Assembly (NCBI GenBank): GCA_002104945.1
Contig: MCFH01000051.1
Location: 124,001 to 188,000 of the forward strand
DNA: 64,000 nucleotides
Direction: 5' to 3'
Origin: Piromyces finnis finn
Taxonomy: Eukaryota > Fungi > Neocallimastigomycota
The notes beneath the pieces were generated by a model. The model searched no databases, was not told where the DNA came from, and was given only the letters and a program-made list of their open reading frames with translations. The stretch's first letter is position 1; the number at the start of each line of letters is the position of its first letter. Below, piece after piece: positions 14,514 to 25,900 of this stretch. The translations under genes were made by a program, and so were the position numbers.

Positions 14514-16825
14514 AACTAAAATATTAAAAATCAATATCTTCATGTAAAATGATATAAATAATTTACTTTAAAATTATTTTCTTGTCTTGACCTTAAAAAA
14601 ATTATTGATTTTTTTATGAAAATTTTTATAGTATTAAAATAGATCAAATTATGAATATATTAGACTTTTTTTTCTCTCTCAAATTAATGCAAATTAAAAA
14701 GTATTATATATTAGAAATTTAAAATTAACTTTAATTATTTTATTAATAATAATTTTAAAGAGTCTTCTTTATAAATTGTTTATATTACAAGAATTTAATA
14801 CATTATTATTAAAAATGTAAAGTCATTGTTATATAAAAGAAATAATATTATGTTGATATTTTTTATGAATTTTATTTTTTTAAAGAAATATTGACAACAG
14901 TATATATATATATATTCTTTTATTATAATAAATAATATAGTATTACTTCTTTTTTTTTTTAATGATTTTTTCATTGAAATAATGTGAACGTATTAATTAT
15001 AATTTATTAAGAAAATCCTTAAAGATTTTAATGTGTAAACTTATCATATAATTAAATAACATAGTATAAATTCACTTAATTTATATGAATAAAAAGATTA
15101 TATAATTACTATAAAATGTTGTATATTGATATTTCTATGAATACTCGCTTTTTACAAAACATTATCACTGGATGCTTTTATAACTATTTGTTTAAAAGGT
15201 ACTTTTCAATTATTGCTACAATTATGAAATAAAAAATATTTATATACTTAATTAAAAACCTCATAAATTAAAATTCATATATTAAATTTTTCCGATATTT
15301 TACATAAAAGTACTTAATATTGAATATAATTTTAATTCTCCACATAAAATTAATATAATTTGGTGGCAATATTTTAAAATTATTATATGGCTGTAAGTGG
15401 CAGAAATATTTTCAAATTTTATAAAAGTAAATAAATAAATAATATATTAATTAAATAAATGTTCAATTAAGAATATATATATGTTTTTTCAATATATTTT
15501 ATCTATTGGGTTTAAAGTAAATTAAGGTGTTACAAAATATTAGGATAAATCATTATATAATTATATATATATAAATTTATGTGATTTTATTTTATGAAGA
15601 CCTAATAATAAAAACATAACCATTATATAATGAAATTTTATGATTTTATGATTTTATAATTAAAAATTTTAATATTATATAGTATATTAAAGTAAAAAAA
15701 AAAAAAAAAAAAAATCTGAAGTGTAGTATCATATATAATCATTTTTTAGTATTTTCTCTGCTTTCTTTGATAATATCTTATTTGCTTTTCACTCTTTTCA
15801 TTCTCTAATTTTCATTATTATGATTTTCATTTTCTTTGTTATTTTACTATTATCATCAAATGAAAACTTATGCTTCTATAACTGATATTTTTAAATTTTA
15901 AATTTTAAATATTCAATTTTCAAAAAAATTTTTTTTTATTATTATTAAATATATATAAAAATTAAAGTAATTAAAATAAAAAACATAAACAAATAAATGA
16001 AATAGGTTTAACAGTATTTTAATGGTAAAATTAAAGAAAGAAATACTATTATAAGATGCTATTATAACAGTTCAATATAACCATTGATTTTTGACTTTTA
16101 AAGATCTCGATATTTGACATTAAATGAAATTAATTATATAATAACAAATTTCTTTGAATAATTAATATAAAAATAGCAATTAAATATTACTATATTATAG
16201 TTAAACTAGCAATAAATTTATATTGAAAATGAAAATGTTAAATATTTATACCTTTTTTTTAAATATAATATGATTTAATTAACTTTTAATTATATATTAA
16301 CATATAACAACAAAATATACTACTATATATTTATATTTATTATACCGTTATTATTATAAACTTAAGTCTAAACATTTTTGCTTAATTATTCTTTTATTAT
16401 TTTATTATTTATAAAGAAAGAAAAAAACTATATAGCTACAGCAAAACTATCTTTATTTTATTTTTTTTAGAATTTTTATATTATTTTTAATTATTTTTTC
16501 CTTCTTCTTCATTTTATGTTTTTGAATGTCTTTTTCTTTAAAAATTTTATCTTTTCTTAATATATCATACGAAATTTCCATTGTAAATTTTGTTTAATAT
16601 ACTAAAATAAAATCATTTAAATTTTTACATTTTTTCTGTTATATCAATTTTTATGTCTAATTCTAAAATGTATAAAGAAAATTATTATTAATTAGTATAA
16701 AATTAAATAATTATTTAAATAATTTATAAAAATAACAATAAAATAAAATTCTAGAAATTTCATTTTATTAACAAAATTTTTTTTTATTTGCTTGCTTTTG
16801 CTTGAAGCAAAGAAAAATAAGCTAT

Positions 16826-17635
16826 TTATTCGGATTTAATTTCATTCTTAATTTCTTTTGCCTTCTTTTTAATGTCCTTACTAGCATCCTTAAGATCTCT
16901 TTCGATTTCATCTTTAAGTTCATTAAGTCTGGCTAAGGTTGGTAATGGAACCCAAAGACCGAAAATACCAAGGTAGTTGGTTTCATTTTCTGAAAATAAA
17001 ATAAAAGTAAATAAATAAAAACAGAATAGCATTAATATCAAATACTAATATTATAACTATATTTTAATATTAAAAAAAAAATTAATATATATACCTGGAA
17101 CACTAACAATAGAGAAGAACTTGTAATCCTGATTTTTTAAATAAAATACATATATAAAGGTAATTTGATAAGTATTATTTATTATTTTATATCGTGTTAC
17201 ACATAATATTAATGTTTACTTCTCTCTTATAAACAAGGGAGGTAATATTAGAAATTAATTTTCTTTCGAACCAAGATGAACCATTGCTATCATAAAAAAT
17301 TTTATTTTTTTAAATTAGTAAATCATTATTTTTGTATATTTTATTATATATTTTTTATATATGTGAATGAGAAATATTTTTCTATAAACTATTATTAATT
17401 GTTGTTAATTATTAATCTTTTGTGTTTATTTTCATTTATATTTAAATAAACTTTTTTTTTTTTAATATGTTATAGGTTATTTTCTAAATATTAATAAAAT
17501 TTTTTAAATTTATTATATTTACTCTTGCATTTTAGTTTCAATATATTTCTTGAAACTTTCTTCATCTGGATTTAAAGCAAAAGCAGTAGCTAAAGCAGCA
17601 ATTAAACCTAAGCAAACGTTGGCCTTGTTAACCAT
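16826..17635 (-). CDS. Small protein with N-terminal hydrophobic segment, DUF4359-like, 4 exons
   Basis: Exons 17635-17523, 17286-17220, 17128-17095, 16989-16826 join in frame: MVNKANVCLGLIAALATAFALNPDEESFKKYIE...KREDYKFFSIVSVPENETNYLGIFGLWVPLP...coiled tail. The NP / FSI / YLGIFG pattern recalls DUF4359 (family call uncertain). Confidence 0.7.
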
Positions 17636-20041
17636 TCTGTTTTTTTTTTTTAAATGATAAATATATTAATAGTAAAAAAAGAAAATAATTTTAATTTCAA
17701 TCTCCATTATAAATTCTTATCATTTTATTTATTCTTTTATTATTATTTATTTAAGTCATTTTTATTTTTTACATATTTTTTTTAATTTATACTCATTCAT
17801 ATTATGTCTTTAAATCAGATTAAATCTTTATTTTTAATCTTATATTAATTTATGTTATTAAAAAGCTTAGAATAATAATTCAAAAACAACTTTTTTTTCT
17901 TCTTTATTTAATTCATTTATGAATTATATTTCTTCTAAATATAAATACTTACTTTAAATAAATTAATTTTAAAATTTATTTTTTTATTTTTAAAAAAAAA
18001 GATTTTTTTTATCAAAAACAAAAAAGTTATATTTAACCTTTATTCAAAGCTGAAACAAAATAAAAAAAAAATAACCTAAGAATATTGAATAAAGTCAAAT
18101 ATATAAATTTATTATAAATACATGATAATAAAAATATGAATATATTTTATATTTAATCAATTTTGTATATACAAATTCAAAATATTATATAATATTATAT
18201 ATATTTTAATAGAAATGAATATATTTTTATTATAACCAATAATAATCAAAATTTGTAGATTATATTAAAATCATCCATTTCCATAAAACATTATTGATTA
18301 ATATATTATAATATAAAATAATATATATAAATAAATATAAAAAAGTACATTATAAAATCGTTTTTTTTTTAGCCTTTTTTAAAGATCTAAAGATTTATAA
18401 TAATAAATTAATAAATAATATTTTATATAAACAAACAGACAAATAAAGAAAAAGTGTTGAGGTTAATAAATATTATTATAATTACATAATTCATTCTTTA
18501 TTTATTTCGTAGTAAAGCACTCATTATTTTTATTATTAAGCTTATCTAATATTTCTTTTTTTTTTTTTTTTATTATAAAAATATTAAAATCAAAATAATT
18601 ACTATATTCATATTCTTTAAAGAATTATTAAAAATTATGGAAAATATAATTAGGAATGTTTAAAAATAGATATTAAAAAAAAAAAAGAAACAATTCTATT
18701 AAAAAATAAAGGATAAAAAAGTTAACAGATTTATTTTTAAATATATATAAAATTTACATACCAAAATTAAAAAAAAAATGTATATTATCTTTTATAAAAT
18801 ATTACATTTTAAAAAAAATAAAGTAGCCTAAAATATTATAAACTTTTGTAAAATATGATATATTTACTAAATATGATTAATTCTATGTAGGGTAATAGTT
18901 AATATTTTTATTTTTTTTCTTAGTGTTTATGCAATTCAAAATTTCATTTTGGGTTAGATTAAAAATGAAGTTTCAAAAACATATTTAAAATTGTTTCAAA
19001 AGGCTTGATATTACTGTTATTACAATAATACGTAAATCAAAATGTATTCATTTATATGTTACACTAAATCCTTTAAAATTAATGTATATACATAATTAAA
19101 AATTAAATTAAAAATTATTATTAATATAATTAGTCTCATCTACTTGTTATTACATAATATATTAAAATTATAATAGTGAATTAATTCATAAATACAATAA
19201 TCTTCTTAGGTAAGGATGATCACCATATTTATTAATCAAAAATATTAATTAAAATATATTTTTAATTAAAGTTTTAACAATATTTTAAATGAAAATTTAA
19301 ACTGACTCACTATAAATATTGTTATTATTGTATATTATTTTTATTATTTTTAATATTAATAACCAAAAGAAAATAAATTAATTTTATATTAAAAAATGTC
19401 ATTATGAAATTAATAATCTATTGTCTTATATATTTACATTAATATTTTATGTATTATTCATAGTAAATAATTATTTATATTATAAAGCCACAAATTATAT
19501 AATAAGTGTAAATCTTTTATTGTATTAAAGACATCATATATTAACAAACTCTAAATAATATTAATTTAAATTAATAATTCTATTATTAATTTATTTATAA
19601 TTATAATAAAAATTAAAATTTCAAAAATGGATAAAAAAGACAAAAGAAATTAAAAGGAAAAGGGATATTAATTTATTTTTCATTTAATTATTCAATAATT
19701 AAAGTTTTTTTCTTTTTTTTCTCAACTTTAGACCAAAAATTTAGATTAATATTTTTCTATTATATATTAAAGTTAATATTATTAACCAAATAAATTATTG
19801 AAAAACTATAAATACCAAAAATATTTACTTTTTTTTTAATAAAAAAAATAATTATTTTATTTTATTAAAATAATCTTTATCAATAATAGACTTATTGAGT
19901 AAAGAGTATAATAATAAACATCTTTTTTTACTGTTATTTTTTATTTGTATAATTAATATAAATTAGAAGAACAATAAAAAAAAGAATTTAGAATAAAAAA
20001 AAATATAGACATACATATATATATAATATATATAAACCAAA

Positions 20042-21658
20042 ATGAAAAATATCTACTTTAGTTTAGTTCTTTTAGTAGCCTCTTATGTTAGTGCTAGTGT
20101 CGCTAATCTCAAAGATGGTTGGTATTTCATTAAAAATCCTTCAACTGGAAAGTATCTTCAAGTTAGAGATGAAGAAGGAAAAAATGTTGCCAATATTGAA
20201 ATTGGCTCAGGACGTAAATCTGATGGACAAAAATGGAAATTAACTAATGTTGGTGATGGCTATGTCACATTAACCTCTGCTCTTGGTGAATATAATATTG
20301 ATATTGCTAATGGTGAAGATAAAAATGGAGCTAATGTTCAAATCTATGAAGCATATGGTGGTGATGCTCAACAATTTGTTATTATGACCACTTCTACAGA
20401 TAACGCCTATTCCATTGGAACTAAGGCAAGTTCAGGTGATAAGGTTATTGATATTGAAGGTGGATATAGTACTGATGGAACCAATGTTTGTCAATGGAAG
20501 AGTAACAGTGGACCAAATCAAGTCTGGATTTTTGAAAGTGCTGGATGTTGGGCTGAAGCATTAGGATATGAATGTTGTAGTACTTGTCAACCATCACAAT
20601 ATAAAGATGAAAGTGGTGAATGGGGTGTTGAAAATGGTGAATGGTGTGGTATTACCAATGACAATTGTTGTGCTCTTGGTTATCCATGTTGTCAATCAAC
20701 TTCTTCTGTAGTTTTCACTGATAACACTGGAAAATGGGGTATAGAAAATAATGATTGGTGTGAAATAAAAGAAAAACCAAAAACCACTACAACTAACTCT
20801 CCAGCTCCAGCTCCAACTTCTTCTGATAATAACAATGAACAAACATACAGTTTTGGATATGCTCTTAAAAACAAACCAGTTCCATCTAAGGGTTGTGGTA
20901 AGTCATTAAGTCTTCCAAAAACTGGATCATTTGAATTCAGTTGGTCTGGTGGTAGACGTACTGTTCGTATTGATATTCCAGATAACTATAATAACAACAA
21001 CCCATACCGTTTAATATTCGGTATGCACTGTATGGGTGGATGGGCCGGAGGTGTCCAACAAGAAGGATATTATGGTTTAAAGCCATTAGATACAGGAAAG
21101 ACAACAATTTTCGTTGCTCCAGAAGGTAATGGTAATCAAGCTCCATGGGGACAAGGTGATTACACTTTATTTGATGAACTTCTTAGTAAGTTAACTAATG
21201 ATCTTTGCATTGATACTTCCCGTGTCTTCTCTACTGGTTTCAGTTACGGTTCTATGTTTACTAATGGTCTTTCATGGAATCACCAAAAGGTTCTTCGTGG
21301 TGTTGCAGTTTATGAAACTGCTGAACGTAATATTTGGCTTCCAAAGAATACTGGTGAACCAATTGCTTGGATGGGTGTTCTCGGTTTTGATGATGGACTT
21401 TGTACTCCAGAAATGGGCCGTAATGCTCGTAATATTATCCTTAAGAATAATTCTGAAGGTGGTAAGGCTGTTAACGAACAAGCTCAAGAAGCTCAACGTA
21501 ATTCCAAGCATTTATGTTATGATTACAAGACTGTTGATCAACGTTTCCCAGTTCGTTGGTGTACTCAATCTGGAGGTCACATTTGGGATCACAAAGATCC
21601 AGGTTCCAACCAATCATGGGTTCCACAAGCTACTTGGGACTTTTTCACAAAGTTCTAG
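20042..21658 (+). CDS. Secreted cellulosomal esterase: signal peptide - CBM13 (ricin beta-trefoil) - 2x fungal dockerin (CBM10-type) - linker - CE1-like alpha/beta hydrolase; intronless
   Basis: QKWKL and QVWIF (QxW) repeats; dockerins CWAEALGYECC...WGVENGEWCGI and ALGYPCC...WGIENNDWC; esterase nucleophile motif GFSYG and C-terminal GGH. Confidence 0.88.
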   Translation: MKNIYFSLVLLVASYVSASVANLKDGWYFIKNPSTGKYLQVRDEEGKNVANIEIGSGRKSDGQKWKLTNVGDGYVTLTSALGEYNIDIANGEDKNGANVQIYEAYGGDAQQFVIMTTSTDNAYSIGTKASSGDKVIDIEGGYSTDGTNVCQWKSNSGPNQVWIFESAGCWAEALGYECCSTCQPSQYKDESGEWGVENGEWCGITNDNCCALGYPCCQSTSSVVFTDNTGKWGIENNDWCEIKEKPKTTTTNSPAPAPTSSDNNNEQTYSFGYALKNKPVPSKGCGKSLSLPKTGSFEFSWSGGRRTVRIDIPDNYNNNNPYRLIFGMHCMGGWAGGVQQEGYYGLKPLDTGKTTIFVAPEGNGNQAPWGQGDYTLFDELLSKLTNDLCIDTSRVFSTGFSYGSMFTNGLSWNHQKVLRGVAVYETAERNIWLPKNTGEPIAWMGVLGFDDGLCTPEMGRNARNIILKNNSEGGKAVNEQAQEAQRNSKHLCYDYKTVDQRFPVRWCTQSGGHIWDHKDPGSNQSWVPQATWDFFTKF

Positions 21659-22090
21659 ATAATTAAAAATTTTATTTTTAATAATATAAAAATATATAAA
21701 AATATATAAAAATATATAAATATAAATGTAAAATATAAAATATAAAATAAATGTAAAATAAAAAATAATATATACAAAAATTATGTATTATTTAATAACG
21801 TCAAAAAAAAAAAATTGAAAAAACAAAAACGAAAAGCGATGAAAAGAATAAATAAATAAAAAAAAAAAAAATGATAAAATAATTTAATTATTAATGTGTA
21901 GTTTAAAAGATGTTTTTATTTTTATTTTTATCATTCAAAAGTCTTGTATATTTTTATTTTAGTAAAATTATATTTTTTAATATAAGTATATTATAGCATG
22001 ATGTTTATATATTTGATCAAATTTTTCTGTAATGAAAAATAAATAATGGTGTATACAACATAAATTTGATGTTCTTTTTATGAATAACAA

Positions 22091-22338
22091 TCCCTCTTGG
22101 GAACGTGCCTTCATTTATTTAATAAATGTAGTTTCTCAAGGGGGTCTACTCATGCTCATGGTACTGAGAGAGTAGAAAGAATTAAATCCAAGTATTGCGC
22201 AATGGATGCTTGGTGCCCTCTTAGGAATGTGCCTTCATTTATTTAATAAATGTAATTTCTCAAGGGGGTCTACTCATGCTCATGGTACTGAGAGAGTAGA
22301 AAGAATTAAATCCAAGCATTGCGCAATGGATGCTTGGT
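22091..22338 (+). repeat. Two tandem 124-bp monomers at the LINE 5' end
   Basis: CCCTCTT(G/A)GGAA...GATGCTTGGT starts at 22092 and again at 22216, with only a few substitutions. Confidence 0.95.
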
Positions 22339-22981
22339 TAGTCTTCAAGGGAAAATTATTAGGACTAAGCTCATGGTACTGAGCGATTAAAAAACATTTT
22401 ATTCATCAAATTTAAGTATTTGATGAATAAGTGAATGTTTGATTTTTCAGGTAAGTTTGTATAGTATTTAATTAGAAGAGTAATACATTTTGTTGCTGTA
22501 TTTTTTCTTTTATTCATGTATTCATGTAGTACTACTCTTCTCTTGTAAGAATCCAATGTAGTCAACTTTAGCATTTGCATTGTACTTTTATATTCATGTA
22601 GCTATTGTTGTATTGTTTCTTGTAAGAGACTGATTCACTCTACATCATGTAAAAATACTATTCACAAGCTTTCTGGTGTCGACATTCTTGATTCAAATTT
22701 TTTACCAATTTAAATATTTAATGAAAAGTAAAGTCAAACAAGTTTAGTGTCAAAAAGCGAATCGAATTTACTAACAACAAACCAAAACTAGAATTTTTAA
22801 AGAAAATTTACAACTAGAATTCAAAAAAAGAAACTTTAAACAAAGCATCGTAACAATTTTTGTACTATCCAGTACTTTTAAGAAGAGAGAGAGAGACAGA
22901 TTTTTTTCCATATACGTTATATTTGTAATTTTTATTAGTATTTATTTTATATTCAATATTTTTTAATTAGAATTTATTATC

Positions 22982-25900
22982 ATGTCAGTCCTTTATATTA
23001 AAGATAAGAATTATATCAGACGTGGTACCCGGTCTTATGGTATCCCCTTAGATGATATTCGCTCCTTCTTTATCCGTGGTATTCGATCATGGTCAGTAAA
23101 TATGCTATGGGAAAAACTCGAGGTTATTCTAGAAGATAAATTTAATTCAGTTATTAGTGTTAAATATTTTCAGACTTTCAATGATCACTTTTTCTTAGTC
23201 AAGGTTCATGGTTCATCAAAAGATTGTATTAAAATCTTACACATGTTAAAGAAGAAACTTTCAGTTACCTCAATTTCCTTTTCAGCTCGTAGTAGAAGGA
23301 ATCACAAATACACTTTTTCCACTCTCAAACGTAAAATTTTAGTTTCTAATAAACATCAACATTCTATTCAACAATCATTTCAACAATCAGTTCAACAATC
23401 AGTTCAACAATCTCATCAACAATCCGATCTTCAACAAGATCTTCAACAGGATCTTCAACAAGTTTCCCATCATGAAAATATTCCAGATCTACAGCAAACA
23501 CAATTTCAATCTCAACATTCAACAATTAATTCTAATAGTTCTATCAACTCTGATAACAGTTCAATAGTTGATAGTTCTTCAGTTTCACAGCCATCTAGTA
23601 ATAGTTCTACTTATTCCTCTGATGCATCATCCATTAATAACGATGACTTTAATAATAATAATAATAGCAACGATTCTTCCTCATCCAACAAGCCTGATAA
23701 CTTTTCTTTTTGTCTTAGTTGGAACACCAATGGGTGGAATCACGAAAAGAGAGATAGTATTAGCTATTTCACAGCTATTTTCAAACCATTATTTTTATGT
23801 TTCCAAGAAACTGGTAATGGTTCTGGATCGAATACAAATTATCCTTGTCGTGTTACTTTGCGAAACTATAGACACTTTTTCAAGAAAGCTGACGAATCAG
23901 TTCCGGGAATGAGAGGTTTATATTTAGGTTTTCACAATTCATGTCAAGCCTCACTTGAAAACTTCTCTGGAAAGTATATTATTTCTATTTATACTTTTAG
24001 TCTCTGGAATAGATTCAAATGCTCGATTGGAAATGTTTATATGCCTCATAGTCATCACAACATCTATGTTGATCATGCAAAGTTAGAAGTTCGCTTGTGG
24101 TTACAAACTCATTCATCCCATCCATCGATTCTTGTTGGTGATTTTAATATGTCTAAAGTAAAATTATCCAACTGGTTATCAACTAATGGATTAGGAGATT
24201 GGGAAATTCTTCCGCTTAGAGGGTCTACTATCTCTTGGACTCGAGGTGATCAATCTTCCGACATTGACCATGCTCTTATCAATTCGAAGATGAAAGATCT
24301 TATTCACTCAGGATCATTTATAAATAATTTTTATCCTGTATCAGACCATAAGCCACTTCTTATTAATGGTAAAATTATTCCTATGGAAGATTTTTCTAAT
24401 GACTTTAATGTTCCTAAGAAAATTCTGAAATGGAATAGATTAAAATGTATTGAGGAAAAGGAATCTATTCTCAGTCATAATAAATTCCAAATACTTTCAG
24501 CAAAATTCAACGATCCTAATGTTTCTACAGATGAACTTTCCAAAGAGTTTACTTCAACTGCTTTTTCAATTGCAGACGAGCTCAGTATTACCTCAGCAAA
24601 TAATGTTATAAAGTCTTCATTTCATATTTCACAACAAATTTTTAATCTCCAAAAAATCAAAATGAAGTTGTATAAGAGATTTAAAAAAGAAAGAATTTAT
24701 GATATAGATGAATTTATTAAAAGAATTAAAATCTACCGTAAGCTCATTGATTACATCCACAAAAGATGTAATGAATTTAGGAAACAAGAATATCTTCATT
24801 GGATTAAAACAGGATGTGAGTATATGAAGAGTCATAATCCTAAGAAGGCCTGGAAATGGATCAAGAAAACTGCAAAAATTGGAAAAGATTCTTTCTTTAT
24901 TGCTCAACCAATTAAAAACAAAAATGGAGAATTAGTTGTTGCTACGGAAGAACAACTAGATGTGTGGAATGATCATTTCGAAAAGCTTGCATCAGATCCA
25001 AGTGGTGTAAGTCTTGATTTGGAGCATTGGTATGAAGAACCAACGAATAAACGTTTTTCACTCCCTATGCTTGATGAATGGGATATCAACCAAGATATTA
25101 GTATTGATGAAGTCAAGTCAGCTATCCTCTCTACTCCGAATTATAAAGCATCAGGTCCGGATGGTATTCCAATTGAATTTTACAAAGCATTAATTCCATC
25201 AAGTAATGATTCTAATAATGCTACAGATAATAATTCTTCCGGTAATACCACTTCAGATAATGATGCTTATGGTTTAAATTTTATTCTTAAATTATTCAAC
25301 CGTATTTGGGATGGAGACTTCCCCAACTCATGGAATGAATCCAGTATTGTTTCTATTCCTAAGAAGGGAGATTTGACAGATTGTGATAACTATCGAGGTA
25401 TATCACTTATCAATAATGGTATTAAGTTGATTTCCAAAATTGTCACCACTAGAATCTCAGAATATGGTCTAAAGAATAATTTCATTAGACCTGAACAATT
25501 TGGTTTTCGAAAAAAGGAAGAAAGTATCAGTCTTTTCATTTCAATCCAAGAAATATGCCGTAGACGTCAATTAGATAATAAAGAGACATATTTGGCCTTT
25601 TTAGATCTCAGGAAAGCATACGATTCAGTCCCAATCGGTAATATTCTCCATAAATTAGATTGTTTAGGAATCCGAGGTAAGAGTCTACAATTTATCAAAA
25701 ATTTATATTTAACATCTAAGGCTAATGTCAAATTAGATGGACAATTCTCGAAATCTTTTGATGTGAAGAAAGGAGTCCGTCAAGGTTGCCCACTTTCGCC
25801 TATTCTTTTTAATCTCTTTATTAATGATATATTTAGAGAGTGCGAAGATCTAGGAGTCAGTTTAGGTGACACTCGATGCTGTGGTGGACTTTTTGCAGAT

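Noticed and set aside
15719-15730. AAGTGTAGTATC, matching the U2 snRNA branch-point recognition region
   Set aside because: Only 12 nt; flanks show no U2 stem I or Sm site and are plain AT-rich DNA.
20042-21658. Codon-usage break between the CBM13/dockerin half and the CE1 half
   Set aside because: The impression of more CGT/GGT and C-ending codons in the 3' half is slight and could not be quantified here.
22091-22440. Assignment of the LINE leader to hammerhead, twister, pistol or HDV ribozyme classes, or to a CRISPR array
   Set aside because: No CUGANGA/GAAA core. GGTACTGAGC resembles twister L4, and the 5-bp stem with 6-nt loop followed by TTAAA resembles pistol P1, but the required partner helices are missing. 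No HDV nested pseudoknot could be built. The two 124-bp units have no spacers.
22371-22580. 69-aa antisense ORF in the LINE 5' UTR (ORF0-like)
   Set aside because: It is short, has no recognisable motif, and the equivalent region of the older copy carries indels.
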